Part shown: piece by piece, positions 10,464-21,141 of the stretch | Layout: each line of letters begins with the position of its first letter | Numbering within the stretch: position 1 is the stretch's first letter | Origin: Dehalococcoidia bacterium | GTDB lineage: Bacteria > Chloroflexota > Dehalococcoidia > Plut-88900 | DNA: 64,000 bases | Assembly: GCA_965197585.1 (NCBI GenBank) | Contig: OZ240215.1 | Coordinates: 256,001 to 320,000 of the forward strand | Direction of reading: 5' to 3' | Position numbers and translations under genes: made by a program | The notes under the pieces: generated by a model | The model's input: the letters and a program-made list of their open reading frames with translations, nothing else | Databases searched by the model: none | What the model was told of the DNA's origin: nothing

Positions 10464-11966
10464 TCATTGCGGGTCGCGACGCTCGACGGAGCGTAGCTGC
10501 GGGAACAGTATGACCTCCCGGATGGACTGCTGGTCCGTTAGCAGCATCACCAGCCGGTCGATGCCCATGCCGAGTCCGCCGGTCGGCGGCATCCCGTGCT
10601 CCATGGCCAGAAGGAAGTCTTCGTCCAGCCGGTCGACCTCCTCGTCTCCGAATTCAAACCTGAACTTCTCCTGCTCGGCGAAGCGTTCTCGCTGGTCTAT
10701 CGGGTCGTTAAGTTCCGTGAAGGCATTGGCGATTTCCATCCCCGCGGCAAACCCCTCGAACCTCTCGACAAAACGGGGATCGTCGGGCTTGCGCTTCGAT
10801 AGAGGAGACATCTCGACCGGATGGTCGATGACGTAAGTAGGCTGGACGATGTATGGTTCGACGAAGGTGGAGAGCAGCTTGTCATAAAGTTGTGCAGGAC
10901 TGAGCCCCTCGACTCGCTGGCCCACGGCCTCCGCATCCTTTCGTAATACGTTGATGTCGGAGTACTTTGGGTCGGCAATGTCCAGACCGCTCCGCCCGAG
11001 GATCGCATCCCGGACGGAAACCCGGGGCCAGGGTGGCGTGAAATCCAGCGTGTGACCGGCGTACTGGACCGTCCGGGTCCCGAGAACCTCCTGCGTGATA
11101 TAGGCCAACATATCCTCAACCATGCGCATAACGTCGTTGTAGTCGGCGTAGGCCTCGTAGCTCTCCATGGTTGTGAACTCGGGGTTGTGCTTGGTGTCGA
11201 TCCCCTCGTTGCGGAATATCCGCCCGATCTCGTACACCTTGTCGATACCTCCGACTATGAGGCGCTTCAGATACAGTTCCGTGGCGATTCGCAGGTAGAG
11301 CGTACGCTCCAGGGCGTTGTGCTCGGTCACGAAGGGCCGAGCCATGGCCCCTGCGGCTACGGGGAGCAGGATGGGCGTCTCTACTTCGGCGAAGCCCCGG
11401 TCGTCCATGAAGCGGCGCATGGATGAGATGAACCGGGCGCGAATGTCGAAGATTCGACGAGCGTCGTCGTTGGATATAAGGTCCAGGTAGCGGTGCCGGT
11501 GCCGCTTCTCGACGTCCGTGAGACCATGCCATTTTTCAGGCAGTGGACGGAGCGCCTTGGTGAGCAGGGTTAGGGACTGGGCACGGACTGAAATCTCGCC
11601 GGTACGGGTGCGGAACATGGGCCCCTCGGCAGCGATGGAATCCCCGGTGTCCAACTCCGACAGTACGATCTGCTGCTCGGGCTGCAGGTCCGATCCTCGG
11701 ATGAAGAGCTGGACAGACCCCGTGCCGTCCCGGATGTCGGCGAAGGAGACCCGGCCCATGCCCCGGAGAGCCATAAGCCTCCCAGCCACCGCAACCGAGC
11801 GCCGCGGCACGCGCCCCGAATCTTCGATTGCTCTGAAGTAGGCTAAGGCGTCGGCTACGGTGTGGGTGCGGTTGAGACGGGCGGGATAAGGGTCGATGCC
11901 CTGGGCGCGTAGACGCTCAACTTTGGAGAGCCGTTGCTGGAAAAGGTCTTCGCCTCTATCGGCCAT
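10464..11966 (-). CDS. lysS: Lysyl-tRNA synthetase (class II)
   Basis: LYLRIATELYLKRL, FRNEG, HNPEFT, GMGIDRL. Confidence 0.98.
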   Translation of the reverse strand: MADRGEDLFQQRLSKVERLRAQGIDPYPARLNRTHTVADALAYFRAIEDSGRVPRRSVAVAGRLMALRGMGRVSFADIRDGTGSVQLFIRGSDLQPEQQIVLSELDTGDSIAAEGPMFRTRTGEISVRAQSLTLLTKALRPLPEKWHGLTDVEKRHRHRYLDLISNDDARRIFDIRARFISSMRRFMDDRGFAEVETPILLPVAAGAMARPFVTEHNALERTLYLRIATELYLKRLIVGGIDKVYEIGRIFRNEGIDTKHNPEFTTMESYEAYADYNDVMRMVEDMLAYITQEVLGTRTVQYAGHTLDFTPPWPRVSVRDAILGRSGLDIADPKYSDINVLRKDAEAVGQRVEGLSPAQLYDKLLSTFVEPYIVQPTYVIDHPVEMSPLSKRKPDDPRFVERFEGFAAGMEIANAFTELNDPIDQRERFAEQEKFRFEFGDEEVDRLDEDFLLAMEHGMPPTGGLGMGIDRLVMLLTDQQSIREVILFPQLRSVERRDPQ

Positions 11967-12004
11967 GCGAAAAAGATTGAGGGCCTAATGGAAGGTCCCT
12001 CTGG

Positions 12005-12475
12005 CTATTCAATGCTCTTGATGGTCAGCTTTAGGACTCTGGCCGGCGCTATTACCCGGACGTCGTCACCGACTTTGCTGCCGAGGAGCGCCTTGCCCAC
12101 GGGGCTTTCGTTGGAGATTTTGCCGGCCTTGGGGTCCGCTTCGTCGCTGCCTACTATCAGGTAATTCATGGTGCGCCCCGACTCGTTCTGAACGGTCACC
12201 TTGGCCCCAATGTCTACAAAGGCTGACTTCCGGTGCTCGTCGGGGATTACGGTGGCATTGTGCAGCATATTGTCCAGGGTCATGATCCGCCCCTCGATGA
12301 ACGCCTGCTCATTCTTGGCGTCGTCGAACTCGGCGTTGTCGTCGGTGCCGCCGAAGTCCTTGGCATGGAGTATGCGGTCGGCTATCTTGTGGCGCTTTTC
12401 AGTGCGGAGTTGGTGAAGCTCCAGCTTAAGCTCCTCAAATCGCCTGTGTGTAAGGTATGTCTTCTTAAGGGCCAT
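12005..12475 (-). CDS. greA: Transcription elongation factor GreA
   Basis: DDNAEFDDAKNEQ, ISNESPVGKALLG; start taken at ATG 12475. Confidence 0.93.
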   Translation of the reverse strand: MALKKTYLTHRRFEELKLELHQLRTEKRHKIADRILHAKDFGGTDDNAEFDDAKNEQAFIEGRIMTLDNMLHNATVIPDEHRKSAFVDIGAKVTVQNESGRTMNYLIVGSDEADPKAGKISNESPVGKALLGSKVGDDVRVIAPARVLKLTIKSIE

Positions 12476-12536
12476 GGCGTTGGCAAGGAGGAGAATAAAA
12501 AGACCCCTTGGGAGAAGGAGTGGGAACGAGGTCATT

Positions 12537-13070
12537 TTATGTTGTGCTGAGAGATTTGTAAAGTAGGATGGCCGTGGCCGACTTCGCATCGCCGATTTGG
12601 CTGGCGTTTACCATGTCCACGGCCTCGGAAAGCGTGACGGGCACTAGAGAGATATCCTCGTCGGCGTCGGGCTCAAGCGGATCGTAAGAGAGGCCCGTGG
12701 CCAGGAAGAGGTGGTTGAACTCGGTGCAGAATCCGGGAGAGCTGTAGACCGATCCGAGTAGCCTGAAGTTTTCGGCCCGGTAGCCGGTCTCCTCCCTGAG
12801 CTCGCGCTGAGCGGCGGCCTCGATATCCTCGCCGGGCTCTATGCCGCCGGCTGGTGTCTCCAATAGCTCCATACCTGCCGCGGCCCGGTACTGCCTCACC
12901 AATAGTAGGTTGCCATCATCGTCGACCGGCAGGATATGCACCACATCCACATGCTCGACTATTTCCATTCTGGCTTCCCTGCCATCTGGGAGATGGAAAG
13001 CGTCTATGCGGAGGTTGACCACCTTGCCGTCGTAGATGCGGGTGCTCTTTGTTTCGGGTTTGTCGTTCAT
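12537..13070 (-). CDS. NUDIX hydrolase (ADP-ribose pyrophosphatase-like)
   Basis: Nudix box GGIEPGEDIEAAAQRELREETGY. Confidence 0.93.
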   Translation of the reverse strand: MNDKPETKSTRIYDGKVVNLRIDAFHLPDGREARMEIVEHVDVVHILPVDDDGNLLLVRQYRAAAGMELLETPAGGIEPGEDIEAAAQRELREETGYRAENFRLLGSVYSSPGFCTEFNHLFLATGLSYDPLEPDADEDISLVPVTLSEAVDMVNASQIGDAKSATAILLYKSLSTT

Positions 13071-13083
13071 GAGGGGATGGGGC

Positions 13084-13953
13084 TTATTCCATTCTGGTCA
13101 GCCTTTCGGTAACCGTGGAATAGAAGCGGCCGGGGGGTTGGAATCGCAGGAAGCGGGCGGAGTTTGGGCTTATGGTAGCGGAGACGGTGTAACCGTCCTC
13201 GAGGTCGGCTTCTATCTGGCCGTCTACGCTCATTATCACCTCGTGGTCCGTGCTCACGGTGAGGTCTATCACGGATGTTGGCGGCAGTACTAGGGCGTTG
13301 GATATAGTGAGATGAGAAGTCACGGGGTTAAGTACGAACTCGTCTGTAAGAGGATTGAGAATCGGGCCGCCCGCAGCCATGGAATAGCTGGTACTGCCAG
13401 TGGCCGTGGCGATAATGACACCGTCACCCTTGTAGACGGTGAAGAGATCACCATCGATACGGGCCTCGATGCGTATGACCCGAGCCACGCGCCCCCGCGC
13501 TACAACTACGTCGTTCAGTGCGAAGTAAGTCCTGCGCCCCGCGCCCTCACCATCGGCTGTCGTGGCGGGAGGCACGACCTCAGCCTGGAGCGTGGCCCGA
13601 CGCTCGATCCTCCCCCCGTCAGCAAGGAGCTGCGGGAGGTCTTGGAGGGCCTCGGCGGGGTTGAGTTCGTTCATAAACCCCACTTTACCCATGTTGATGC
13701 CAAGGACGGGGATCTCGGAGGACAGGGCAAGATGGGACACCCGCAGCATGGTGCCGTCCCCCCCAACGCTGATCAGCAGGTCCCGGTCGCCGACACTGTC
13801 TGAGGTTATCTCTTCGTCCCACGCCGAACGCGCCCATCCCCTGACGCCGGTTTTGCCGAGGATGTCCAGCAGGTCATCGGCGAGGACCCGGGCTGCGGGG
13901 AGCCGCGGATGGTAGAATACGGCTACCCGTCTTATGTTTTGATCTTCGGACAA
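13084..13953 (-). CDS. nadK: NAD kinase
   Basis: GGDGT, GINMGKVGF, ATATGSTSYSMAAGG; TTG start after GAGAGG. Confidence 0.93.
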   Translation of the reverse strand: MSEDQNIRRVAVFYHPRLPAARVLADDLLDILGKTGVRGWARSAWDEEITSDSVGDRDLLISVGGDGTMLRVSHLALSSEIPVLGINMGKVGFMNELNPAEALQDLPQLLADGGRIERRATLQAEVVPPATTADGEGAGRRTYFALNDVVVARGRVARVIRIEARIDGDLFTVYKGDGVIIATATGSTSYSMAAGGPILNPLTDEFVLNPVTSHLTISNALVLPPTSVIDLTVSTDHEVIMSVDGQIEADLEDGYTVSATISPNSARFLRFQPPGRFYSTVTERLTRME

Positions 13954-14097
13954 GTTGGCCTCTCTCGGGTCTCGGGCCTGTGGGAAGGTACGCTGTTGAA
14001 GGCGCAAGTATAAAACGCAGCCGGAATCCAAGTCGAGACTCCCACTGCTGATGGACGGTCTGATATTGCCGAGATTAGGTCTGATGGAGGTACGCAG

Positions 14098-15015
14098 GTG
14101 AGAATAATTGTCATAGGTCAAGCGCCCTTTGGGGCCGGAGTCCTGGAAAAGCTCGTGGAACGGGGAGATGATGAGGTGGTGGGAGTCTTCGCACCCCCGG
14201 AGAGGCGCGGTAGACCTGACCCCCTGTCTGCGAAGGCGGAGGAGCTTGGCATCCCCCTGATAACGGTAACGTCCATGAAGACCGACGAGATCTACGACAC
14301 TATCGCGGGAATGAAGCCCGACATCGGGGTTATGGCCTTCGTGACGCTTCTCGTGCCGGAGAGGGTATTGAATGCGCCGACTCTGGGCACCATCCAGTAC
14401 CACCCGTCCCTGCTGCCGAAACACCGGGGCGCGAGCGCCATCAACTGGGCCATCATCAACGGAGATGACAAGACGGGCCTTACGATCTTCTGGCCCGACA
14501 AAGGCCTGGACACGGGCCCCGTCCTTATGCAGAAGGAAGCGGCTATCGGACCCGACGACACCGTCGGCTCCGTCTACTTCAACCACCTCTTCCCGGATGG
14601 CGTAGCCGCTATGTTAGAGTCGGTGGACCTGGTGAAGGCCGGCAATGCCCCGAGAATCGTGCAGGACGAGTCTCAGGCCACCTACGAAGGTATCTGCCGC
14701 CCCGAAAACGCGGAGGTTGACTGGCAGAAGGACGCCCAGACCGTATACAACCTCATTCGGGGCACTAACCCTCAGCCTGGCGCATGGGGAGTCCTGAAGG
14801 GCCAGAAAGTCAAGGTCTTCGATTCGGAGTTGAGCTCTGATTCCGGGGCTGCAGGTGAAGTGCTGGCCATAGCAGAGGACGGTTTCGCGGTGGGCACCGG
14901 GGGTGGGGGCTCGGTGAAGATAAAGCGAGTGCAGCCACCCGAGTCCCGGAAGATACCCGCAGCCGAATACATCGAACAATCGGGCCTGGCGGTCGGAGAC
15001 CGGTTCGGGGCGTAG
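14098..15015 (+). CDS. Formyltransferase (Fmt / 10-formyl-THF dehydrogenase N-domain-like)
   Basis: YHPSLLPKHRGASAINWAI, GLDTGP. Confidence 0.85.
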   Translation: MRIIVIGQAPFGAGVLEKLVERGDDEVVGVFAPPERRGRPDPLSAKAEELGIPLITVTSMKTDEIYDTIAGMKPDIGVMAFVTLLVPERVLNAPTLGTIQYHPSLLPKHRGASAINWAIINGDDKTGLTIFWPDKGLDTGPVLMQKEAAIGPDDTVGSVYFNHLFPDGVAAMLESVDLVKAGNAPRIVQDESQATYEGICRPENAEVDWQKDAQTVYNLIRGTNPQPGAWGVLKGQKVKVFDSELSSDSGAAGEVLAIAEDGFAVGTGGGGSVKIKRVQPPESRKIPAAEYIEQSGLAVGDRFGA

Positions 15016-15110
15016 AGTCCTCTATTAGGGTACTGCCTTAGCGCAGTCTTGGATAATCGAATTTACCACGCGATCTTGCTACAGCCGCCTCAATGGTGTA
15101 TGCTTGGTGT

Positions 15111-15314
15111 ATGACACGTACCAACATAGATATAGATGATCGGGTGGTCGCCGAAGTGATGGCACGCTACCGTATTACAACCAAGCGCGAGGCGGTTAAC
15201 TTCGCCCTCCGAATGGTTGCGGCTGAGTCATTGTCCCTGGACGAGGCCCGTGCCCTCCGCGGCGCCGGCTGGGACGGTGACCTTGAGGCAATGCGCTCCG
15301 GCCGTTCGTTGTGA
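15111..15314 (+). CDS. vapB: VapB-type antitoxin
   Basis: MTRTNIDIDD..TTKREAVNFAL; overlaps vapC; TGGTGTATG direct repeat at 15094/15105 over the start. Confidence 0.88.
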   Translation: MTRTNIDIDDRVVAEVMARYRITTKREAVNFALRMVAAESLSLDEARALRGAGWDGDLEAMRSGRSL

Positions 15315-15721
15315 TCCTAATCGACACTTCGGCCTGGATAGAATTCCTTCGCGACACCGGCTCTCCGGTCTGCCTTCTCGTAGATGAACTGCTGTCGGAA
15401 GAAATCGCCGTATGCGACGCCGTGCGTATGGAAGTGCTGGCCGGTGCCCGAGACGAATTCCATTTATTGGACCTGCGCAGACTCCTGGCCCGTGCGGTGA
15501 TGCTTCCGACCGACCCTACTGACTACGAGGATGCGGCTGCCCTATACCGCCGTTGCCGTCGAAATGGAGAAACCGTCCGCAAGCTCATCGACTGCCTCAT
15601 CGCCTCAGTAGCCATAAGCGCGGGGGCCTCAGTTCTACACCAAGACGCCGATTTTGACGCGCTCGCGCGCCACACTGGTTTGCTGACATACAGAACTGAA
15701 GGGCGTCAGGCGCTCTATTAG
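15311..15721 (+). CDS. vapC: VapC PIN-domain toxin
   Basis: ILIDTSAWIEF, DCLIA, HQDADF. Confidence 0.92.
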   Translation: MILIDTSAWIEFLRDTGSPVCLLVDELLSEEIAVCDAVRMEVLAGARDEFHLLDLRRLLARAVMLPTDPTDYEDAAALYRRCRRNGETVRKLIDCLIASVAISAGASVLHQDADFDALARHTGLLTYRTEGRQALY

Positions 15722-15741
15722 ACCGAACAGCCGAGGCTGAA

Positions 15742-17208
15742 TCAGCCCAGCGTCGTCACCGCAGTCCCCACCAGGTCCATAACGTAGTTGGGCACTATTC
15801 CCATGAACAGCACCCCGAGTACCGTTATGGCCATAGCGGCATTCAGGGGCAATGTAGTGGGGACGGGCTCTTCCCTCCGGGAGGGGGCCAGGTACATCGC
15901 CTTTATCACCCGGAGGTAGAAGTAGGCCGAGATGACGCTGTTTACCATCCCGACCACCGCCAGCCACACCAGGTCGGTCTCGACGGCGGCTTTGAAGACG
16001 TTCAGTTTGGCCCAGAAGCCGGCGGTTGGCGGGATTCCCATGAGGGATATGAGGGATATTGCCATACCCAGTGCCAACACCGGGTTCCGGCGTGCGAGCC
16101 CCGCGTAGTCCTGAATTAGCTCGCTCTTGATGACACCGGATATGGCGATCACCCCAAAGAATGCAGCCAGATTGGTAGCCGCATAGGCGACCAGGTAGAA
16201 CATCAGGCTCTCGACCCCCGGGCCGAGGGCCGAGCCGTCCTTCCCGATGGCCGCCAGCCCCACCATGATGAACCCGGCATGGGCGATAGTGCTGTAGCCC
16301 AGCATCCGCTTGATATTCGACTGGGCTATGGCTACCAGGTTTCCGATAAACATCGATACGGCTGCCAGGATGGCGAATAGCAGCGCCCACTCCTCGGTGA
16401 CTGAGCCGAAGGCCAGGAAGAAGACCCGGACTATGACGGCAAACCCTGCTGCCTTACTGGCCACTGAGAGGTAAGCCGCCACGGGCGTAGGTGCCCCTTC
16501 GTACACGTCTGGCACCCACATCTGGAAGGGTACCGAGGAGATCTTGAACCCGAACCCGGCGACGATGAAGATGACTCCGAGTAACAGGGCTGGCTGCTCG
16601 ATTAGCTGGCTGAAGGGCGTCAGCCTGTCGGCGATGTCCAAGAGCCTAGTGCGGCCCGTGAGCCCGAGGATCATGGCAAACCCGAACAGCATTATTCCCG
16701 AGCTGATAGCGCTCAGCACCAGGAACTTCAGGGCAGCCTCCGTGGAGCGATTGTCCTTGTTGAGAGCTATCAGGGCCACGGTAGCCAGTGCGCTCAACTC
16801 CAGGGATACGTAGATGGATATCAACTCGGTGGAAGCGGCCAGGAGCATCAGGCCCCCGGAGGCCATCATAATCAGGGCGAAATACTCGGCTCGATAGGCC
16901 CGCAAGCCTGTGGCGCTATGGGAGGCCATTATGACTAAGGCAGTCGCGCCGAGGATCAGGAACTTGAAGAACAGCGCATAGTGGTCTACGACAAGGAAGC
17001 CGTTGAACCCGGTCAATGCGTTGGACTCTAACCCGTCGACCTTGAGCCAGAGCACCAGGGATAGGGCCGCCGAAGCGGCAATACCTGCCAGGCTCAGGGG
17101 AGCCAGTACATCCTTCTTCTTGAGAACCAGGTCCAGAAGGATGATGATGCCCGCGGCCCCGCCCAGGACCAGCTCGGGCATTAGGAGATATAGGTCGTCA
17201 GGATACAT
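15742..17208 (-). CDS. nuoN: Complex I subunit N
   Basis: EAALKF, PFQMWVPDVYEGAP, GIPPTAGF. Confidence 0.96.
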   Translation of the reverse strand: MYPDDLYLLMPELVLGGAAGIIILLDLVLKKKDVLAPLSLAGIAASAALSLVLWLKVDGLESNALTGFNGFLVVDHYALFFKFLILGATALVIMASHSATGLRAYRAEYFALIMMASGGLMLLAASTELISIYVSLELSALATVALIALNKDNRSTEAALKFLVLSAISSGIMLFGFAMILGLTGRTRLLDIADRLTPFSQLIEQPALLLGVIFIVAGFGFKISSVPFQMWVPDVYEGAPTPVAAYLSVASKAAGFAVIVRVFFLAFGSVTEEWALLFAILAAVSMFIGNLVAIAQSNIKRMLGYSTIAHAGFIMVGLAAIGKDGSALGPGVESLMFYLVAYAATNLAAFFGVIAISGVIKSELIQDYAGLARRNPVLALGMAISLISLMGIPPTAGFWAKLNVFKAAVETDLVWLAVVGMVNSVISAYFYLRVIKAMYLAPSRREEPVPTTLPLNAAMAITVLGVLFMGIVPNYVMDLVGTAVTTLG

Positions 17209-17223
17209 TAGCGTGTGCCTGGA

Positions 17224-18696
17224 CTAGCCGCCGTATAGGGCGCTGATAGGCGCTACTCCTTCCCTGAGCATGTCGGTGATAAAGGACGGATAGACCCCGA
17301 CTATCAGAATCGGGGCGATTAGCAGAATGGCTCCGGCCTTGTCCACAATCCCCGCATCCCCGACGTGCTGGAACCGAGTCGTTGGGGTTCCGTACATGGT
17401 GCGTTGCAGGGTCCACAGAATATAGCCCGCTGAGAGAAAGATTCCGAGCACACCAAGGACCGTGGCTGTTCGCCATTCCTGGAAAGTGCCTAAGAATATT
17501 GTCAGCTCTGCCACAAAACCGCTGGTTGCCGGAAGACCCAGAGACGCCAATCCTCCGATGAGGAAGGCCGCAGCTATGAATGGCATTCGGTTCGCCAACC
17601 CCCCGAGGTCCGGGATGTGCCGAGTGTGGACCCGGTCGTATACAAGACCAACGAGGAAGAAGAGGAGGCCGGTAATCGTGCCGTGGGTGAACATCTGCAG
17701 CGCGGCTCCGGTCAGGCCAACCTCGTCCAGGGAGGCGACGCCCAACAGCACGAATCCCATGTGGCTGACACTACTGAACGCCACTAGCCGCTTCAGGTCG
17801 GTCTGCTGGAACGTTACGAAGGCTCCGTACAGAATGTTGACTACCCCCAGGACCGCCAGCCAGATTGCCAGCTTATCTGTGACTTCGGGGAAGAGGCTGA
17901 TGGAGATGCGGAGGATGCCGTAGCCCCCCATCTTGAGTAGCACACCGGCCAGCATAACGCTGACAGCGGTTGGGGCGTCGGTGTGGGCATCGGGGAGCCA
18001 CGTATGGAAAGGCCAGATGGGTAGCTTAACGGCGAATGCGGCCATTATCAGAAGGAACGCGAGCTCGGCGGAGATGAACAGGTTTGGTATCCAGTCCGAC
18101 CCCGTCTTGGCCAACTCGATCATGTTGAACGAACCTGCCGCAAACCCGACCGCCAGAATCCCGACCAGCATCAGCGCACTCGCCCCAACCGTGTAGATCA
18201 GGAACTTCATCGCCGAGTACTCTCGCCGGCCGCTTCCCCAGATGGAAATGAGCAGGTACATTGGGACCAGTTCCACTTCCCAGAACAGGAAGAACTGGAC
18301 AAGGTCCAGAGACGTGAACACCCCCATGACGCCCGTTTCCAGGACGAGCATCCAGATGAAGTACTCCTTGGTCCGATAGTTGATCTTCCAGGAAGCCAAA
18401 ATCGCCGCAACGGAAAGGAGGGCGGTCAGGACCACCATCGGCATCGATAGGCCGTCCACGCCGAAGAAGTACTCGACGTTGATAAACGGGATCCACTGGT
18501 ACTGCTCGACAAACTGTGGATCGGAGATGGAGGTGTCGAAGCGAATCGCAGTGATGATAGCCAGTACGAGGGTGGCCAAGGTTACGCCAAGGGCCACTTG
18601 GCGGCTTCGCCCTCCCTCGGCCCGAGGTAGCAGGAGAATCACCACCACCCCGGCCAGGGGCAGGAACACTATTAAGCTGAGTATGCCGGTAAACAA
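17224..18696 (-). CDS. nuoM: Complex I subunit M
   Basis: FHTWLPDAHTDAP, LLKMGGYG, AFSSVSHMG. Confidence 0.96.
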   Translation of the reverse strand: MFTGILSLIVFLPLAGVVVILLLPRAEGGRSRQVALGVTLATLVLAIITAIRFDTSISDPQFVEQYQWIPFINVEYFFGVDGLSMPMVVLTALLSVAAILASWKINYRTKEYFIWMLVLETGVMGVFTSLDLVQFFLFWEVELVPMYLLISIWGSGRREYSAMKFLIYTVGASALMLVGILAVGFAAGSFNMIELAKTGSDWIPNLFISAELAFLLIMAAFAVKLPIWPFHTWLPDAHTDAPTAVSVMLAGVLLKMGGYGILRISISLFPEVTDKLAIWLAVLGVVNILYGAFVTFQQTDLKRLVAFSSVSHMGFVLLGVASLDEVGLTGAALQMFTHGTITGLLFFLVGLVYDRVHTRHIPDLGGLANRMPFIAAAFLIGGLASLGLPATSGFVAELTIFLGTFQEWRTATVLGVLGIFLSAGYILWTLQRTMYGTPTTRFQHVGDAGIVDKAGAILLIAPILIVGVYPSFITDMLREGVAPISALYGG

Positions 18697-18700
18697 AGCT

Positions 18701-20620
18701 TTACAGCCCGGTCGCGAACCAGAATATGGCCATAATGACTATCAGACCGACAAATATGCCGACCCCGTAGGCCTGCACCTGGCCCGTCTGCAGCTTGGCA
18801 ATGCCGCCCCCGAAGTTTCGGCCCAGGGAACCCACTACGTTGACGATACGGTCCACTACGTTCCTGTCGAATATGTCCCCACCCCGTGCCACGATACCCA
18901 GGCCCACCTTGCGTACAATCCCCGTCTCGTAGATCTCGTCCATGTAGTACTTCCGGGCGAGAATCTGGTGGATGGGACTGAAGGTGGCCATGATCTTCTC
19001 GGGGGAGATGATGCGCCGGACATAGATGGCATAGGCCACGCCAATGCCTAGCGCAGCAACGAGCGAGGACGAGATCGCGATGCCCGTGGGAAAAGGCTCC
19101 CCGTGGCCCGTGAGCAAATCGGACATCCAGCTCTCGGGGATGCCCAGAATCGAGAAGCCGGGAAGGTTGGCGAGCCCCGCGGCAATCGCCCCCGCAGCGA
19201 GAATGAGCATTGGAACAACCATGATGACAGGGGACTCGTGGGGTTCGTCTGGTACGTGTTCGCCGTGCTGCGGGGCCTCGCCGCCGCGGTATTTGCCCAG
19301 GAATGTGATGAAGATAAGCCTGAATATGTAGACTGAGGTAAGAAAGGCGGCAAGGATGCCGAGAATATAGACCCCTTTATCCCCGTGCCACGCGGCGGCC
19401 AATATCTCGTCCTTGCTCCAGAACCCTGAGAAGGGAGGTATGCCGGCTATGGAGAGTCCCCCTATGGCGAAGGTGGCAAATGTCCAGGGCATCGGCTTTG
19501 CCAGCCCACCCATGCGCCGTATGTCATAGGTCCCCGTGGCATGGTTGACGCTCCCCGAGCCCAGGAAGAGCAAAGCCTTGAAAAACGCGTGGGTGAACAG
19601 GTGGAAAATGGCCGCTGGCACCGCCCCGACTCCCAGGGCGAACATCATGAACCCCAGTTGGCTCACCGTTGAATAGGCGAGCACCCTCTTGATGTCCGTC
19701 ATCACCAAACCCATGGTGGCCGCGAACAGGGCGGTCCCCGCCCCGATGTAAGCAACGGTGGTCATTGCCGTGGTGGAGGCCTCGAAGAGGGGGAACATTC
19801 GGGCGACCAGGAATACCCCGGCGGCCACCATTGTGGCAGCATGAATAAGGGCGCTGACCGGGGTCGGGCCTTCCATCGCGTCTGGAAGCCAGGTGTGAAG
19901 GGGGAACTGCCCCGACTTCCCGACCGCACCCGAGAAAATGCCCAGAGCAACCAGCGTGAGGGCTATGCCTGCTAGTGGGCCTCCTGCGGCATCGTTCAAG
20001 AAGGCGATGTCCAGCCCATCGGCGCCGAGGGTCATGTACACGCCCAGGATGGCAATTAGGAAACCCAGGTCGCCGAATCGAGTCACGATAAACGCCTTCT
20101 TGGCGGCGGCCGCCGCGCTTGGTCTATCGTGCCAGAAGCCTATCAACAGGTAGGAGGATAGGCCCACCAGCTCCCAGAATACGAAGAGCATTATCAGGTT
20201 GTCGGCCATAACCAGCCCGAGCATCGAGCACGTGAACAGCGACATGTATGCGAAGAACCGGGCTATCGAGGCATCGTGCTTCATGTAGCCCAATGAATAC
20301 AGCTGCACCATGAGGCTAACGCCCGTAACCACAATGAGCATGATCGCTGTCAGGGAGTCCATCAGGATTCCCATCTTGATCTGCAAGACGCCTATATCCA
20401 TCCATCCATGGCTCGAATAGTCCTGCAGATGGCCCGGCGTATCGATAACCGATGCCAGGGCCCAGATGGACAGTACAAAAGATCCGCCGATAGATAGTAC
20501 GGCCACGAAGCCAGCCACAATGGCCGCAGACCCGAACAGGGGACGCACAACAAAGACAATTAGAAGGAACGAGATCAGGGGAAGGAATAGGATCAGCCAG
20601 CTTGCCGCTTCGGGGATCAT
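18701..20620 (-). CDS. nuoL: Complex I subunit L
   Basis: WLPDAMEGPTPVSALIHAATMV, HAFFKALLF. Confidence 0.97.
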   Translation of the reverse strand: MIPEAASWLILFLPLISFLLIVFVVRPLFGSAAIVAGFVAVLSIGGSFVLSIWALASVIDTPGHLQDYSSHGWMDIGVLQIKMGILMDSLTAIMLIVVTGVSLMVQLYSLGYMKHDASIARFFAYMSLFTCSMLGLVMADNLIMLFVFWELVGLSSYLLIGFWHDRPSAAAAAKKAFIVTRFGDLGFLIAILGVYMTLGADGLDIAFLNDAAGGPLAGIALTLVALGIFSGAVGKSGQFPLHTWLPDAMEGPTPVSALIHAATMVAAGVFLVARMFPLFEASTTAMTTVAYIGAGTALFAATMGLVMTDIKRVLAYSTVSQLGFMMFALGVGAVPAAIFHLFTHAFFKALLFLGSGSVNHATGTYDIRRMGGLAKPMPWTFATFAIGGLSIAGIPPFSGFWSKDEILAAAWHGDKGVYILGILAAFLTSVYIFRLIFITFLGKYRGGEAPQHGEHVPDEPHESPVIMVVPMLILAAGAIAAGLANLPGFSILGIPESWMSDLLTGHGEPFPTGIAISSSLVAALGIGVAYAIYVRRIISPEKIMATFSPIHQILARKYYMDEIYETGIVRKVGLGIVARGGDIFDRNVVDRIVNVVGSLGRNFGGGIAKLQTGQVQAYGVGIFVGLIVIMAIFWFATGL

Positions 20621-20818
20621 CTATATCTTCCTGAGAATCTCATCGGCGACATGCTCGCGGCCCTTTGGAACGTAGACTATGAACGGCACGCCCTCAGCCC
20701 AGGAGAGGATATCGCCCTCGGGGAGAATGCGGGTGGGAAGTCCCTCGCCCTCGAATAGGTCTTTCCACATCTCGGCGACCATGAGAGTTGGGACTCGTTT
20801 GAATTCCATCCAGCTCAT
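20621..20818 (-). CDS. Small soluble protein within the nuo operon (DUF2007/PII-like fold suspected)
   Basis: 65 aa, abuts nuoL; AEMWKDLFEGEGLP...VYVP pattern. Confidence 0.7.
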   Translation of the reverse strand: MSWMEFKRVPTLMVAEMWKDLFEGEGLPTRILPEGDILSWAEGVPFIVYVPKGREHVADEILRKI

Positions 20819-20832
20819 AAGTGTAGTGGAGC

Positions 20833-21141
20833 CTAGCCTTTCAGTATCCCTACCTCGCCGACCTCAACGGTCTGTCGGCTTCGGAATACGGCAATGACAA
20901 TGGCCAGCCCGAGCGACACCTCGGCGGCAGCGACGGCAATAACGAAGATTGCGAACACGTGGCCCGTCAATAACGTCGGGGAATTGTATCGCGAGAAAGC
21001 TATGAAGGCGATGTTCACCCCATTGAACATAATCTCGATGCACATCAGGATCGCGACGATGTTCCGCTTGGAGAGTGCCCCCCAAAGGCCGATACAGAAC
21101 ATGATGGCCGACAGGACCAGGAAGTGTTCAAGGTTAATCAT
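20833..21141 (-). CDS. nuoK: Complex I subunit K
   Basis: LMCIEIMFN, VAAAEVSLGL. Confidence 0.95.
   Translation of the reverse strand: MINLEHFLVLSAIMFCIGLWGALSKRNIVAILMCIEIMFNGVNIAFIAFSRYNSPTLLTGHVFAIFVIAVAAAEVSLGLAIVIAVFRSRQTVEVGEVGILKG

Noticed and set aside
13954-14586. N-terminal extensions of NAD kinase (likewise relaxase 2631-3440 and pilin 47981-49039)
   Set aside because: They overlap real genes; better starts with SD or stop coupling exist downstream.
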